Shown here one piece after another: positions 19,626 through 28,876 of a stretch of 64,000 bases of DNA. The stretch covers positions 1,280,001-1,344,000 of the forward strand of contig CP147780.1 in the NCBI GenBank assembly GCA_037310415.1, given 5' to 3'. The position numbers were made by a program, and so were the translations under genes. Within the stretch, counting starts at the first letter, position 1. Each line of letters opens with the position of its first letter. This DNA comes from Candidatus Atabeyarchaeum deiterrae (lineage in GTDB: Archaea; Asgardarchaeota; Atabeyarchaeia; Atabeyarchaeales; Atabeyarchaeaceae). The notes below the pieces were generated by a model. It worked only from the letters and a program-made list of their open reading frames with translations. It made no database searches and was not told where the DNA came from.

Positions 19626-20513
19626 TTGCCTTTGACGACCCCAAAGATAAAGATGTTTTCAGTTAGGGACGGAATTCTTAAGGTTGCTCTCGCCGATGTC
19701 TGGGCACTAAAACTTCACGAGAAAGTCCTGCCTGACTTCATAAAGAAGTTGGAAGCATTCATAAAGGAAGACGGTATTGTCAAGGACCCCGTTATTGTTG
19801 ATGAGAAGACCCTAGTAGTTCTGGACGGAATGCATAGAGTCGTTGCTTTGAGAGAGCTCGGTTCCTCCTATGTTCCATGTTGCTTCATCGACTATACGGT
19901 TCCCGTTGTTCAGCTAGGCGCATGGTATCGCGTAATAATAGGGGGAGCGTCAACGAAAGAGATCGTGGAGATGACACGCACATCCTTCAAGAACTTGAGA
20001 ATAAATGAGGCGGAAACAACCAATCTTGATAGGAAGATAAACAGTTTTCAGGGAATCGGCGCGTTCCGATCATCGAGCTCCGCATGGATCATCAGAACAG
20101 GGAAGAAAACTAATCCCAAGGAAGCATATGACTCAATATACCTAATAGAAGAGAAACTCCGTTCAAGTGGCCTGAGGATCACCTTCCAGACTGAGTCCGA
20201 TGCCAAGACAATCATCCTAAACGACAAATCTTCGACATGTCTTATGGTTCCCGTACTCTCCAAGAAAGACGTTCTTCACTTTGCCCTCAGAGGCGAAGTG
20301 TTTGCTCCCAAGGCTACTCGACACGTATTTCCAGTGCGCATACTCGGCGTGAACATCCCAGTCGAGTGGCTCGACGGTGAGAAACTCGAAATCACCGAAG
20401 CGAATGAAAAGTTACAGAGTCTCCTCTCAAGCAGAAAACTTGTCAAGCTACCTGGCGGTCAGATTGTAGATGGACGTAGGTATGAGGAGCCAATCTACTT
20501 GTTTGAGAACTGA
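19626..20513 (+). CDS. ParB/sulfiredoxin-domain protein, SbnI/SerK-like free-serine kinase family
   Basis: ParB-like core 'L.LHE......L...IK.DG..KDPVIVD....VVLDGMHR..AL..LG...VP...DY' plus C-terminal 'G.VFAPKATRH..P.R'. Confidence 0.7.
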   Translation: MPLTTPKIKMFSVRDGILKVALADVWALKLHEKVLPDFIKKLEAFIKEDGIVKDPVIVDEKTLVVLDGMHRVVALRELGSSYVPCCFIDYTVPVVQLGAWYRVIIGGASTKEIVEMTRTSFKNLRINEAETTNLDRKINSFQGIGAFRSSSSAWIIRTGKKTNPKEAYDSIYLIEEKLRSSGLRITFQTESDAKTIILNDKSSTCLMVPVLSKKDVLHFALRGEVFAPKATRHVFPVRILGVNIPVEWLDGEKLEITEANEKLQSLLSSRKLVKLPGGQIVDGRRYEEPIYLFEN

Positions 20514-20555
20514 GGTAAGCAGACCAAGCTCGACAATTGGCTGATGATGCCTTTG

Positions 20556-21224
20556 CTATGACTGTCCACCTGCTCCGACACCCTTCTTACCAATCTTGTC
20601 GAGTTTCCTAATTTCGGCAACTATTTCACTGTCAGCAGCATGAATGCCCTTCAGAACATCTTCCATTCTGTTAGCCAGTCTTACGTCTTTGGGCCCCTCA
20701 GCTAGACAGCGTGCAAGTATTTCCATGAAAGCCTTGTCAACATTATCAGTCGTCTTCGCCGACGTTTCCAAGTAGTTATCCAATCTCATTGCATTGGCAG
20801 CTGCTTTTCCTTCTTCGAAACTGGTTTCACGCTTGTCCTTTAGATCAGCCTTGTTTCCTATTAGGGTCATTGGGATGCGGTATGGTATCCTCTTCCGAAC
20901 CTCGCTACACCAGTCTTCTACATGTTTGAATGTTTCTTTCCTTGTAAGGTCGAATACCATCAGAGTTGCTGCAGCTCCAGAAAAGAAGTAATCATTTACC
21001 GAGTCATGTATGCTCTGTCCTCTGACATCGAAAATTAGAAGATACAGAGTTCTGTCATTGAACTCGTAGATCCTAGTGATCACATCCGCGCCTATCGTTG
21101 CGACGTACTCAGGTCTAAACAGCATCCCCGCTTGAGCTCGGATCAGAGAGGTTTTACCGACGCGAGAGTCCCCTATTACTATTAGCTTGTAGGTACGGTT
21201 CTCGCGACTTGGTTCACCTGTCAT
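20556..21224 (-). CDS. Rab-like small GTPase (Ras superfamily)
   Basis: G1 GDSRVGKTS, G2 YVATIG, G3 DVRGQ, G4 NKAD, G5 ETSAK. RabF-like segments IGADV, FFSGA, MVFDLT. Confidence 0.93.
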   Translation of the reverse strand: MTGEPSRENRTYKLIVIGDSRVGKTSLIRAQAGMLFRPEYVATIGADVITRIYEFNDRTLYLLIFDVRGQSIHDSVNDYFFSGAAATLMVFDLTRKETFKHVEDWCSEVRKRIPYRIPMTLIGNKADLKDKRETSFEEGKAAANAMRLDNYLETSAKTTDNVDKAFMEILARCLAEGPKDVRLANRMEDVLKGIHAADSEIVAEIRKLDKIGKKGVGAGGQS

Positions 21225-21487
21225 TACCAGACCAGCTCCTTCTGCCTCGAATATCAGAGTCGTCTCAGTGAGTTGCGCTCAAGGGAAACTCGTGTCTGTT
21301 CTGTCGATTGACTTGGCGCCCGAATCTGCTAGAGAAATTATGATCACATTTCTTATTACTGTTTTCTCTCCTATGGCGCGTTCTGATATTTAGAATGCGA
21401 TCTTCTTAACGTCGAAACGCTAATGAGTGATAGATCGAATACTTCTAAGCGGGGCCCATACGTTGCCCATGGAAGGTTGAATCAGAA

Positions 21488-22477
21488 ATGAGGGTGTACG
21501 TAACCAGAAAGACGCTTCCCGATCAGGCATTAAGCATACTCCAGAAAAAGAACATCGCATCAACTTTCAATTCCAAAGATGAGCCACCAAGCGAGGGAAC
21601 CATTAAACGGGGAATCGCGACTGCTGATGGGTTAGTGTGCCTACTTACGGACAAGATCACTTCAGAGATCATCGATCGGGCAGAGAATCTGAGAGTAATC
21701 AGCAATATCGCCGTTGGATACGACAATATTGATGTGAAAAAAGCCAGTGAGAGGGGGATCTACGTAACAAATACCCCTGGGGTTCTAACCGAAACAACCG
21801 CTGATTTGGCCTGGGGCCTAATGATGGCAGTGGCAAGAAGAATAGCTGAGGCTGACCGATACCTCAGAGCAGGCAAATGGAAGATTCAATGGAACCTAAT
21901 GTTCATGACAGGACAAGACATTCATGGCAAGACCCTCGGTCTGGTGGGTCTAGGCAGAATAGGACAAGCAATGGCAAGGAGGGCGAAGGGCTTCGATATG
22001 ACTATCCTTTATTACGATGAGCTCAGAAACACGGAACTCGAAACCAAAATGGGACTCACCTACGCATCCATGGAAACAGTCTTCAAGGAATCTGACATCG
22101 TCTCTGTCCACGTTCCGCTAACCGAGAAGACTCGCAACCTGGTCAATGAGAAGTATTTGAACGTCATGAAGAGGACCGCGATTTTAGTAAACACATCCAG
22201 AGGTCCGGTTGTGGACGAAGCGGCTCTATACAACGCTCTGAGAGAAGGAAAGATCGCAGGCGCTGGACTGGATGTCTTCCAGAAGGAGCCAATATTGATG
22301 TCGAACCCTTTGCTCAAACTTGACAACATCGTGCTTGTTCCACACATAGGCTCTGCTAGCGTCGAGACAAGAACCAAGATGGCAGTCATGGCTGTTGAGA
22401 ACGCTGTAGCAGTGCTCGAAGATGGAATTCCACCAAACTTGGTAAATCCTGAGGTTCTGCGCCATGACCGGTTCTAG
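21488..22477 (+). CDS. gyaR: Glyoxylate reductase / D-2-hydroxyacid dehydrogenase
   Basis: Motifs AVGYDNID, TNTPGVLTETTAD, GLGRIG, HVPLT, NTSRGPVVDE, GLDVF..EP, PHIGSAS.ETR. Confidence 0.9.
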   Translation: MRVYVTRKTLPDQALSILQKKNIASTFNSKDEPPSEGTIKRGIATADGLVCLLTDKITSEIIDRAENLRVISNIAVGYDNIDVKKASERGIYVTNTPGVLTETTADLAWGLMMAVARRIAEADRYLRAGKWKIQWNLMFMTGQDIHGKTLGLVGLGRIGQAMARRAKGFDMTILYYDELRNTELETKMGLTYASMETVFKESDIVSVHVPLTEKTRNLVNEKYLNVMKRTAILVNTSRGPVVDEAALYNALREGKIAGAGLDVFQKEPILMSNPLLKLDNIVLVPHIGSASVETRTKMAVMAVENAVAVLEDGIPPNLVNPEVLRHDRF

Positions 22478-22732
22478 TTCCATTTTTCCGTGCATGATGA
22501 ATGAAGAAGCATTTAACCAAACATAAAACGCCCTTGGTCTCCTTGATACACAAGACAAATAGGTTTTGGACGTGCCGCGACTTGGGTGTGGTTGGCGAGG
22601 GGACGAAACATTGTAAGTGAGATCATTGGTTCCAAAGGATCATCGATCTCTGTCCTGTTCGCAGCCAAGGCGAAATCCTTAGAAACCTGTTTACCATATG
22701 GGTCTATAGAAAAAGACAAGGAGGGTAGGGGC

Positions 22733-22864
22733 GTGAACTGGAGAAGAATCGTAGGAAGGGTGGGATCCAGAGTCTTCACATTTGTCTTAGTAGTATTATT
22801 CTTGTCTATAGTATTTTGGTGGCTTGTCTCCTTACCGGTATTACCAGATTGGCATCTGTATTAG
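22733..22864 (+). CDS. Small single-TM membrane protein (43 aa: MNWRRIVGRVGSRVFTFVLVVLFLSIVFWWLVSLPVLPDWHLY)
   Basis: GTG at 22733 after GGAGGGTAGGGG; basic N-terminus followed by one hydrophobic helix. It is the C-terminal part of track ORF 22586..22864. Confidence 0.55.
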   Translation: MNWRRIVGRVGSRVFTFVLVVLFLSIVFWWLVSLPVLPDWHLY

Positions 22865-22926
22865 GCTCCTGTGAAATATCCTCTGTGCTTTAAGGTCAAG
22901 CTTTGCATAACTCTAATTCCGAGCTT

Positions 22927-23769
22927 CTATGTATTCAACGGGACAGGCTTAACGTAGTCTGTTTTTCCATAGGTTGGCATTACCCACATGTACAAACAGT
23001 ATGCGACGTTCCTGTATGTGGGTCTGACGAAATTCATGTGACCCAAGTTTCCAGGGAAGAATGCTCCTTCCCCATCTGTGAGGTCTCTGCAAATGGAAGA
23101 CCCTTCAGGGCTTATGAGATACTGGGTGACAGCTGTTTTCTTGTCAGAGATGCAGTATATGTGGACTTCAGGGATGTTCGGGTGGATGTGCGAACTTATC
23201 TCGAGTTCTCCCTCTTTATCCTTCTCCAGATTAACACTCGTCACAACTCCCTGCTTTAGTGAGTAATCTGGTATTTGTGTGAAACCGGACATGAAGAAGC
23301 CGTTCTTGATAGCTGTCCAATTGGTTCTATAAGTCGACATCTTCCTATCCGACCCTATTTCTCCTTGATGAGTAAATTTGTCAAAGCCAAATCTCTGGAT
23401 CTCAAAATCAGCGTCGACCTTTCTCACAGATGGACTGGACACGAAACAGATTTTGCTCCGCGTCTCAGATTCCTGGGGCTTAATTCGGAGTGTTTTCTCT
23501 GGCGGAATAAAAAACATATCAAACCGACCCAGATCTGAACTAGAGCCGCCATATTCAAGGATGGCTTTACCCGACAGCAGACAACCGTTTAGTACTTCCT
23601 TACTTTGAGTCTTGCATCTCAACTCTGAGTCGAGATAAGAGTACCGGAGTCTAGTCCTATCCAATTCTCTTTCAATAGCCTTGCTAACAGGATCTGCAAG
23701 GTAGAATGCATACATTGAATCCTTTGTTGGCAGTCTGCGAGGTAATGTCTTTTTCGGCTTGGGATTCAT
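22927..23769 (-). CDS. Bicupin, IolB/KduI-like isomerase (divergent)
   Basis: First cupin 'LSGKA.LE......L.RFDMFFIPP'. Second cupin has a His/Glu metal set 'SSHIHP..PEVHIY' and 'GH.....P.Y....LYMW', similar to 5-deoxy-glucuronate isomerase. Confidence 0.6.
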   Translation of the reverse strand: MNPKPKKTLPRRLPTKDSMYAFYLADPVSKAIERELDRTRLRYSYLDSELRCKTQSKEVLNGCLLSGKAILEYGGSSSDLGRFDMFFIPPEKTLRIKPQESETRSKICFVSSPSVRKVDADFEIQRFGFDKFTHQGEIGSDRKMSTYRTNWTAIKNGFFMSGFTQIPDYSLKQGVVTSVNLEKDKEGELEISSHIHPNIPEVHIYCISDKKTAVTQYLISPEGSSICRDLTDGEGAFFPGNLGHMNFVRPTYRNVAYCLYMWVMPTYGKTDYVKPVPLNT

Positions 23770-23963
23770 TGATCAGACCTCCAGCTTCTCTGATCTATGA
23801 TCAGCGGCTAGGTATTTATTACACTGCCTCTTCATCTGTCCCGTTCTAGTGCCGTAGAATGCAGCAGGTGAACGCGCTTTCCCATATCGGCCCTGCTAGG
23901 GGGGAGAAATATATACAACAGTCATGCTAATCCTCTTTGAGTGCTATCAAAGGGAGTGCGTGG

Positions 23964-24707
23964 TTGGAGATCAGTATTGGTGCCACAAAAGTGGAAACTG
24001 GTGGTGCAGCTGCCAAGAAGGCGCATGATATTCTACGTGGCGCGTTGAAATCAAAGCCGAAAGCATGCTTTGTTGCCGCAACTGGAGCGTCACAATTCGA
24101 ATTCCTCGATTCGCTCTGCAAAATGGGAGGAATTGATTGGATGCGGACGGAGATGTTCCATCTTGACGAGTATGTTGGGCTTCCTGCAAATCATCCCGCC
24201 AGTTTCCGGAAATACCTTATGGATCGTCTCATTAGCAGAGTGCGCCCAGGCAAGATACATCTAATCAAGGGTGATGCTGCAGATCCAGAAGCTGAACGCA
24301 AGAGAATCAGTGACCTGATTTCGAAAGAAAGTATCAACGTTGCTTTCGTGGGAATCGGTGAGAATGGTCATCTTGCCTTCAACGATCCGCCAGCTGATTT
24401 CGAAACCGACCAACCCTATCTCATTCTGGCTCTGGATGAGAAGTGCCGAAAGCAACAGGTTGGTGAAGGGTGGTTCCACTCTATCGAAGAAGTCCCAAAA
24501 AGAGCAATATCAATGTCAATAAAGCAGATTATGAGATCTGATAGTATCATCTGCACATGCCTCGACAAGCGCAAGGCAGAAGCAGTTAGAGACTGTCTGT
24601 CCATAGACGCGCCCGTATCTCCAATTCACCCAGCATCTATACTGAAACAACATCCTAGATGCCATATTTTCTTGGACGAAGACTCCTCTTCTCTACTCCG
24701 AAGATAG
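23964..24707 (+). CDS. nagB: Glucosamine-6-phosphate deaminase family
   Basis: Motifs ATGASQ, FHLDEYVGL...HPASFR.YL, GIGENGHLAFNDPP, QQV.EGWF...EEVP..AISM, PASIL..H. TTG start after GGGAG (ORF track starts at 23937). Confidence 0.88.
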   Translation: MEISIGATKVETGGAAAKKAHDILRGALKSKPKACFVAATGASQFEFLDSLCKMGGIDWMRTEMFHLDEYVGLPANHPASFRKYLMDRLISRVRPGKIHLIKGDAADPEAERKRISDLISKESINVAFVGIGENGHLAFNDPPADFETDQPYLILALDEKCRKQQVGEGWFHSIEEVPKRAISMSIKQIMRSDSIICTCLDKRKAEAVRDCLSIDAPVSPIHPASILKQHPRCHIFLDEDSSSLLRR

Positions 24708-24943
24708 GGAGCGAAGATTATAGTCTGCCAAAGAACGCATATGAAGTCGGTTTGAATCTCTGACAGAATACTTCTGACGACGAGACATCAATCCAAAGTA
24801 GAGTGATTGTATCGAAGGAGGTCTAATTGGAAGGCTGCAACCACTCTTAAGTAACAGCCCGGACTCACTCTTATCCTGACAAGGATCATCCACAATAACA
24901 AAATGAAGAGACCCACAAAGGCAAGGAAGAGGGAAGTCAATTA

Positions 24944-26326
24944 ATGGGCAAGACTCAAGTCGTTATAAAAGAAGTTCCCGTCGATCCGGACGACCACCTC
25001 ACTTTCATGAGTTATCTGAGTCAAGCGGTTGAAGATATTTTTGTGACCTTCGGCGGAGGGGGTCAAATGCTGAAGGCGAGTCGGGACGTGTATCTTAAAC
25101 CGAATGCAATTGACGCAAAGCGATATTGCTACACACGTCCTGAGGTTCTGGAGACAGTCATAGAGTACTTCTTCAAGGTGGGTGCTAGTGGCGTTTACGT
25201 GATTGAGAATTCAACTCAAGGGAATTACACTCGCTTGGTTTTTGAATCAAATGGGTATTCGGATATCTGTAAGCGGACAGGCGCAATTCCCGTCTTTCTG
25301 GATGAAGAACCGACGGAGCGCTTCGAATTTAAGGGGAAACCACATGCGAAGAAGAGTCCATCTGAAGGTTACGATCTCACAACCTTCGAGATGTCCCGCA
25401 CAGTAGTCGAGGAGCTGATCAAAAGGAAAAACGAGAATCTCTACGTGAATATCCCGAAGTTGAAGACCCACTCAATGGCTGGCGTAACTCTTGGAATAAA
25501 AAACCAGTGGGCATTTCCTCGTCACCAAGATCGTAAATCTGATCACAACTACAACTTACACTCTAAACTGGTTGATGTCTTGGGTTTTATCCAGCCTGAT
25601 TTCACGTTGATAGATGGAATTGAGGGAACTATATATGGTCATTATCCACCTACCGCAATTGCAGACAAATGCGTCAAGCCTTTCCGAATACTTATCGGGG
25701 GAAGGGACGTTCTAGCGACTGACTTGGTTGGTGCTCGCGTTTTTGGTTTGACACCCGATGACGTGCCTCACCTGAAGATCGCTATCGAGCGCCGAATTGG
25801 AGTTGGAGTTGAAGGAGTCGAGGACATCGACATCATCGGAGATCTGTCGAAATTCAAAGAGAAGTATTCCACTGATCTGTATCCTGAGTTTCCTCCCGAT
25901 GTCGAGATAATTCAAGGGACGAAATTGGCCTGTCGTGAAGGTTGCAAGAATAACCCTCTCGCTGTACTTCAAGTTCTGTACTTAGACTATGAAGGCAGAG
26001 GTGGGTTCGAACTAGTCATCGGAAAGGGGCACAACCCAGAGTTGATCGATCAACTTAAAGGACCAGTTCTGGTTGCAGGTCATTGTGCGATCGAGGAAGT
26101 CGGAGAGAGACTGCAGCAAAGGCTTGGTAAAAGCAATGTGTATTTCAGTGATGGCTGCAACAACTTGGCCCAAACAGTGGGTGCACTATTCGCCCTCACG
26201 AGGGTGAGCCCTCAAAAATTGGTGCCTCTAACGACGGAGAGGGCAACGGCAATAATACTCGAAGCAATTAAACATGGCTCTCATGGTAGCGCACCAAACG
26301 TATGCACGTCGATTCCAAGAAAATGA
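24944..26326 (+). CDS. DUF362 domain protein
   Basis: Motifs LKPN, T.PEV, 'NIPKLKTH..AGVTLGIKN', 'DFTLIDG', 'D.LATD'; C-terminal C..GC, GHC and GC motifs. Confidence 0.85.
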   Translation: MGKTQVVIKEVPVDPDDHLTFMSYLSQAVEDIFVTFGGGGQMLKASRDVYLKPNAIDAKRYCYTRPEVLETVIEYFFKVGASGVYVIENSTQGNYTRLVFESNGYSDICKRTGAIPVFLDEEPTERFEFKGKPHAKKSPSEGYDLTTFEMSRTVVEELIKRKNENLYVNIPKLKTHSMAGVTLGIKNQWAFPRHQDRKSDHNYNLHSKLVDVLGFIQPDFTLIDGIEGTIYGHYPPTAIADKCVKPFRILIGGRDVLATDLVGARVFGLTPDDVPHLKIAIERRIGVGVEGVEDIDIIGDLSKFKEKYSTDLYPEFPPDVEIIQGTKLACREGCKNNPLAVLQVLYLDYEGRGGFELVIGKGHNPELIDQLKGPVLVAGHCAIEEVGERLQQRLGKSNVYFSDGCNNLAQTVGALFALTRVSPQKLVPLTTERATAIILEAIKHGSHGSAPNVCTSIPRK

Positions 26327-26540
26327 GAAGAGTCAAGATCTGCTCTGTGTCACTTCTTTTGGATCATTGCGGTAATCTGAAACGGCAATTTAGGATATCA
26401 TTATAAGCCACCTGATTTGTAGGGTAAGAGCAATTGTAGGACGGAGGGATAGTCGAGAATGCCATCAATATTGAAACAAGTTTTCTCACGAAAAATGACT
26501 GCAATCTTCGGAATCTTAGGCCCCATGACAACTTATGCCT

Positions 26541-27545
26541 TTATAACGATGGCAATATTCCTCCCAGAAAAATCTTGTAAACCAGAAGAACAAGAGACAT
26601 TAAAACAAGCGATTGAGTGACTATCGTAATCCACTTTGGATTGCTAGCTGCCAAATCCGTGATCTCGTTTGCAAGTGAGCTTTTCTCGTTGGAAGCAAAC
26701 TTCTTCGAAAGAGAATAAAGCTTCTTGTATTGTCTCAGAACGTAGGCGTCAGCAAGTACTATGGCGAGCAGGAAGACGTTCAAGATCGGATAGGACCCGT
26801 TGAACAGTACCCAGAAGAAAGCGGCTCCACAGAGTACGCCTCCTATACAAAGTAGCACCATGCTAAGAGCAGATGCTTTCACAAGACCCAACCGAACAGT
26901 CATTGTTCTGACTTTCATTGCGCTATCCCCGAAGTAGTCTCGAATCTCAGTCGGTATGATCACGCTGTACACCGTCAAGGCCTGTCCCGACAGGAAAATG
27001 ATGAATAAGAGGTTCACCTGAGGTGCGAATGTGTAGAATACGAACAGCATCGGGATGATAGAAAGGACTAAGATGATGGCGATCATCTGTAGCCAAGATC
27101 TTTTCTTTAACCTTATGGGCGGCATGGAGTAAGCATAGGCGAGAAAAACGCCTACTGCCCACAGAATTGCCAAAGTCAGCGTCCCCTCGAATTGGTACAA
27201 CAGGTATAGCGGAATTAGACTCAGTAGGAATTCGGCAACTATGAATGCTTTGATTTTTCTGCGTCCTACCCTATCCACGGCTCGGACGAGGTGTTCTTTC
27301 CGCTTATCCTTCAGATCTAGCTTGTAGTCTGACAGGGTATTCAGTTGGGCTCCATAAGCTGAAATAAGGTAGATTGTGAGAAAACATAGAACTACCAGGA
27401 TTCCTAACCGCAAATAGTCTATAGGCAGACTGACAGCCCAGGAAAGCCCCAAGAAAAGCGAACCCAAGTTTGCTGGAATAAACTCTGGTCTGGACACTGT
27501 GAATATTGATCCCTTCTTCTCGGGCATTTTTGGGTCAACTCTCAA
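26541..27545 (-). CDS. UbiA-family prenyltransferase
   Basis: Multi-TM. Motifs SRP, NTLSDYKLD (NxxxDxxxD), YSMPPIRLK, EIRDYFGD....RTMTVRLG. Confidence 0.85.
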   Translation of the reverse strand: MRVDPKMPEKKGSIFTVSRPEFIPANLGSLFLGLSWAVSLPIDYLRLGILVVLCFLTIYLISAYGAQLNTLSDYKLDLKDKRKEHLVRAVDRVGRRKIKAFIVAEFLLSLIPLYLLYQFEGTLTLAILWAVGVFLAYAYSMPPIRLKKRSWLQMIAIILVLSIIPMLFVFYTFAPQVNLLFIIFLSGQALTVYSVIIPTEIRDYFGDSAMKVRTMTVRLGLVKASALSMVLLCIGGVLCGAAFFWVLFNGSYPILNVFLLAIVLADAYVLRQYKKLYSLSKKFASNEKSSLANEITDLAASNPKWITIVTQSLVLMSLVLLVYKIFLGGILPSL

Positions 27546-27787
27546 CTTCAGATATCAGGAAGTGAATTAAAAAGGCTTTTGTGTTCCAGTTTTATGAGGT
27601 TAGGTGAGCATTCGCACAATTTGCTCTTTCCGGTTGCTCAGATTAATGAGTGAAGTTCTTCCATGAAGATGACTTACTTTCTAACGCGGGATGCTATTTT
27701 GGATCTCTACAAACATATCACCTGTGTTTAGCTTAGAAAGGTTAAATAGCGCAAAGCGTAGTAAAATCTGGCACAGGTGCGAGATAA

Positions 27788-28825
27788 ATGGCAGGTTACT
27801 CCATCGGCGACTACATTTTCAGAGTTGATGACTTCTTCCCCAAGAGTCTCTTTGCCGGCATAACAGATGCTAGGGTGCACCGAACCAACATAATATCTGA
27901 GGAAAGCAAGAGAAGAGTAAGAAGAGCCAACCTTACAAAGGACGGGAGATTGACAATACTTGCTGCTGACCATCCTGCGAGAATGGTTACACAGGTTGGC
28001 GAAAACCCAGTGGCAATGGGGGACAGGTACGAACTTCTCGGACGGATACTAAGAGTGATAACAGATGAGGAATTTGACGGCGTGATGAGTACCCCTGACA
28101 TCATTGAGGAGTTACTAATCATTAATCACCTTATAAAGGAGGCCGGAGGCAGGAGCTTCCTTGACAATAAGGTCATCCTGGGATGCATGAATCGTGGAGG
28201 CTTGAGCGGCACAGCATTTGAGATGGATGATCGTATGACTGCCTATACTGCAGAGAGTATTCGAAGAACGAGGATCGATGCAGCCAAGATAATGGTCAGA
28301 TTAGAAACCAGCGAAAAGGAAAGTGGAAACACAATAGGATACTGTGTTGAAGCCATAAACCGGCTAAACGATCTTGGAATCCCGGTGTTTATAGAACCAT
28401 TGCCGGTGAAAAAGGAAGATAAGAAGTACAAGATGCTGAAAAACACAGAATCTTTGATTCAAGTTATTGGAGTCGCCACAGGTTTAGGCTACTCTTCTGC
28501 CAACTGTTGGCTTAAGATACCGTACTGCGAGAGCTTTGATAGGGTCGCTAGGGCAACGACTTGCCCGATTCTTCTGCTGGGTGGCGAAGCAACTGGAGAC
28601 CCCACTGATATATTAAAACAGTTTGTGGAAGGAATGAAGGCAGCCAAGAATGTTAGAGGTGCGCTTGTTGGAAGGAACGTTATATACCCGGGCAAAGACG
28701 ATCCGCTAGCTGTTGCTTCGGCAGTGAGTGGCATTGTTCACAAAGATTTCACCGTCGACGACGCCATTGAACATATCACCAAGACACGAGGAAAGAACAT
28801 GGATCTGCTGAGTGGGCTCTTCTAG
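27788..28825 (+). CDS. Cgl0159-like class I aldolase (TIM barrel)
   Basis: Motifs 'ILAADHPAR', 'MGDR.ELL.R', 'DGVM.TPDIIEEL', 'MNRGGL.G..FEMDDR.T', 'WLKIP', 'ATTCP.LLLGG', 'GALVGRN..YP'. Confidence 0.8.
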   Translation: MAGYSIGDYIFRVDDFFPKSLFAGITDARVHRTNIISEESKRRVRRANLTKDGRLTILAADHPARMVTQVGENPVAMGDRYELLGRILRVITDEEFDGVMSTPDIIEELLIINHLIKEAGGRSFLDNKVILGCMNRGGLSGTAFEMDDRMTAYTAESIRRTRIDAAKIMVRLETSEKESGNTIGYCVEAINRLNDLGIPVFIEPLPVKKEDKKYKMLKNTESLIQVIGVATGLGYSSANCWLKIPYCESFDRVARATTCPILLLGGEATGDPTDILKQFVEGMKAAKNVRGALVGRNVIYPGKDDPLAVASAVSGIVHKDFTVDDAIEHITKTRGKNMDLLSGLF

Positions 28826-28876
28826 CTTGTGTATTTAATTTGGCTTGATCAATAGAAAGGTGGTTGAGGATCGAAT

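Noticed and set aside
19626-20513. ParB partition protein or plasmid/provirus marker
   Set aside because: No HTH and no parA neighbour; the C-terminal motif fits SbnI/SerK-like enzymes.
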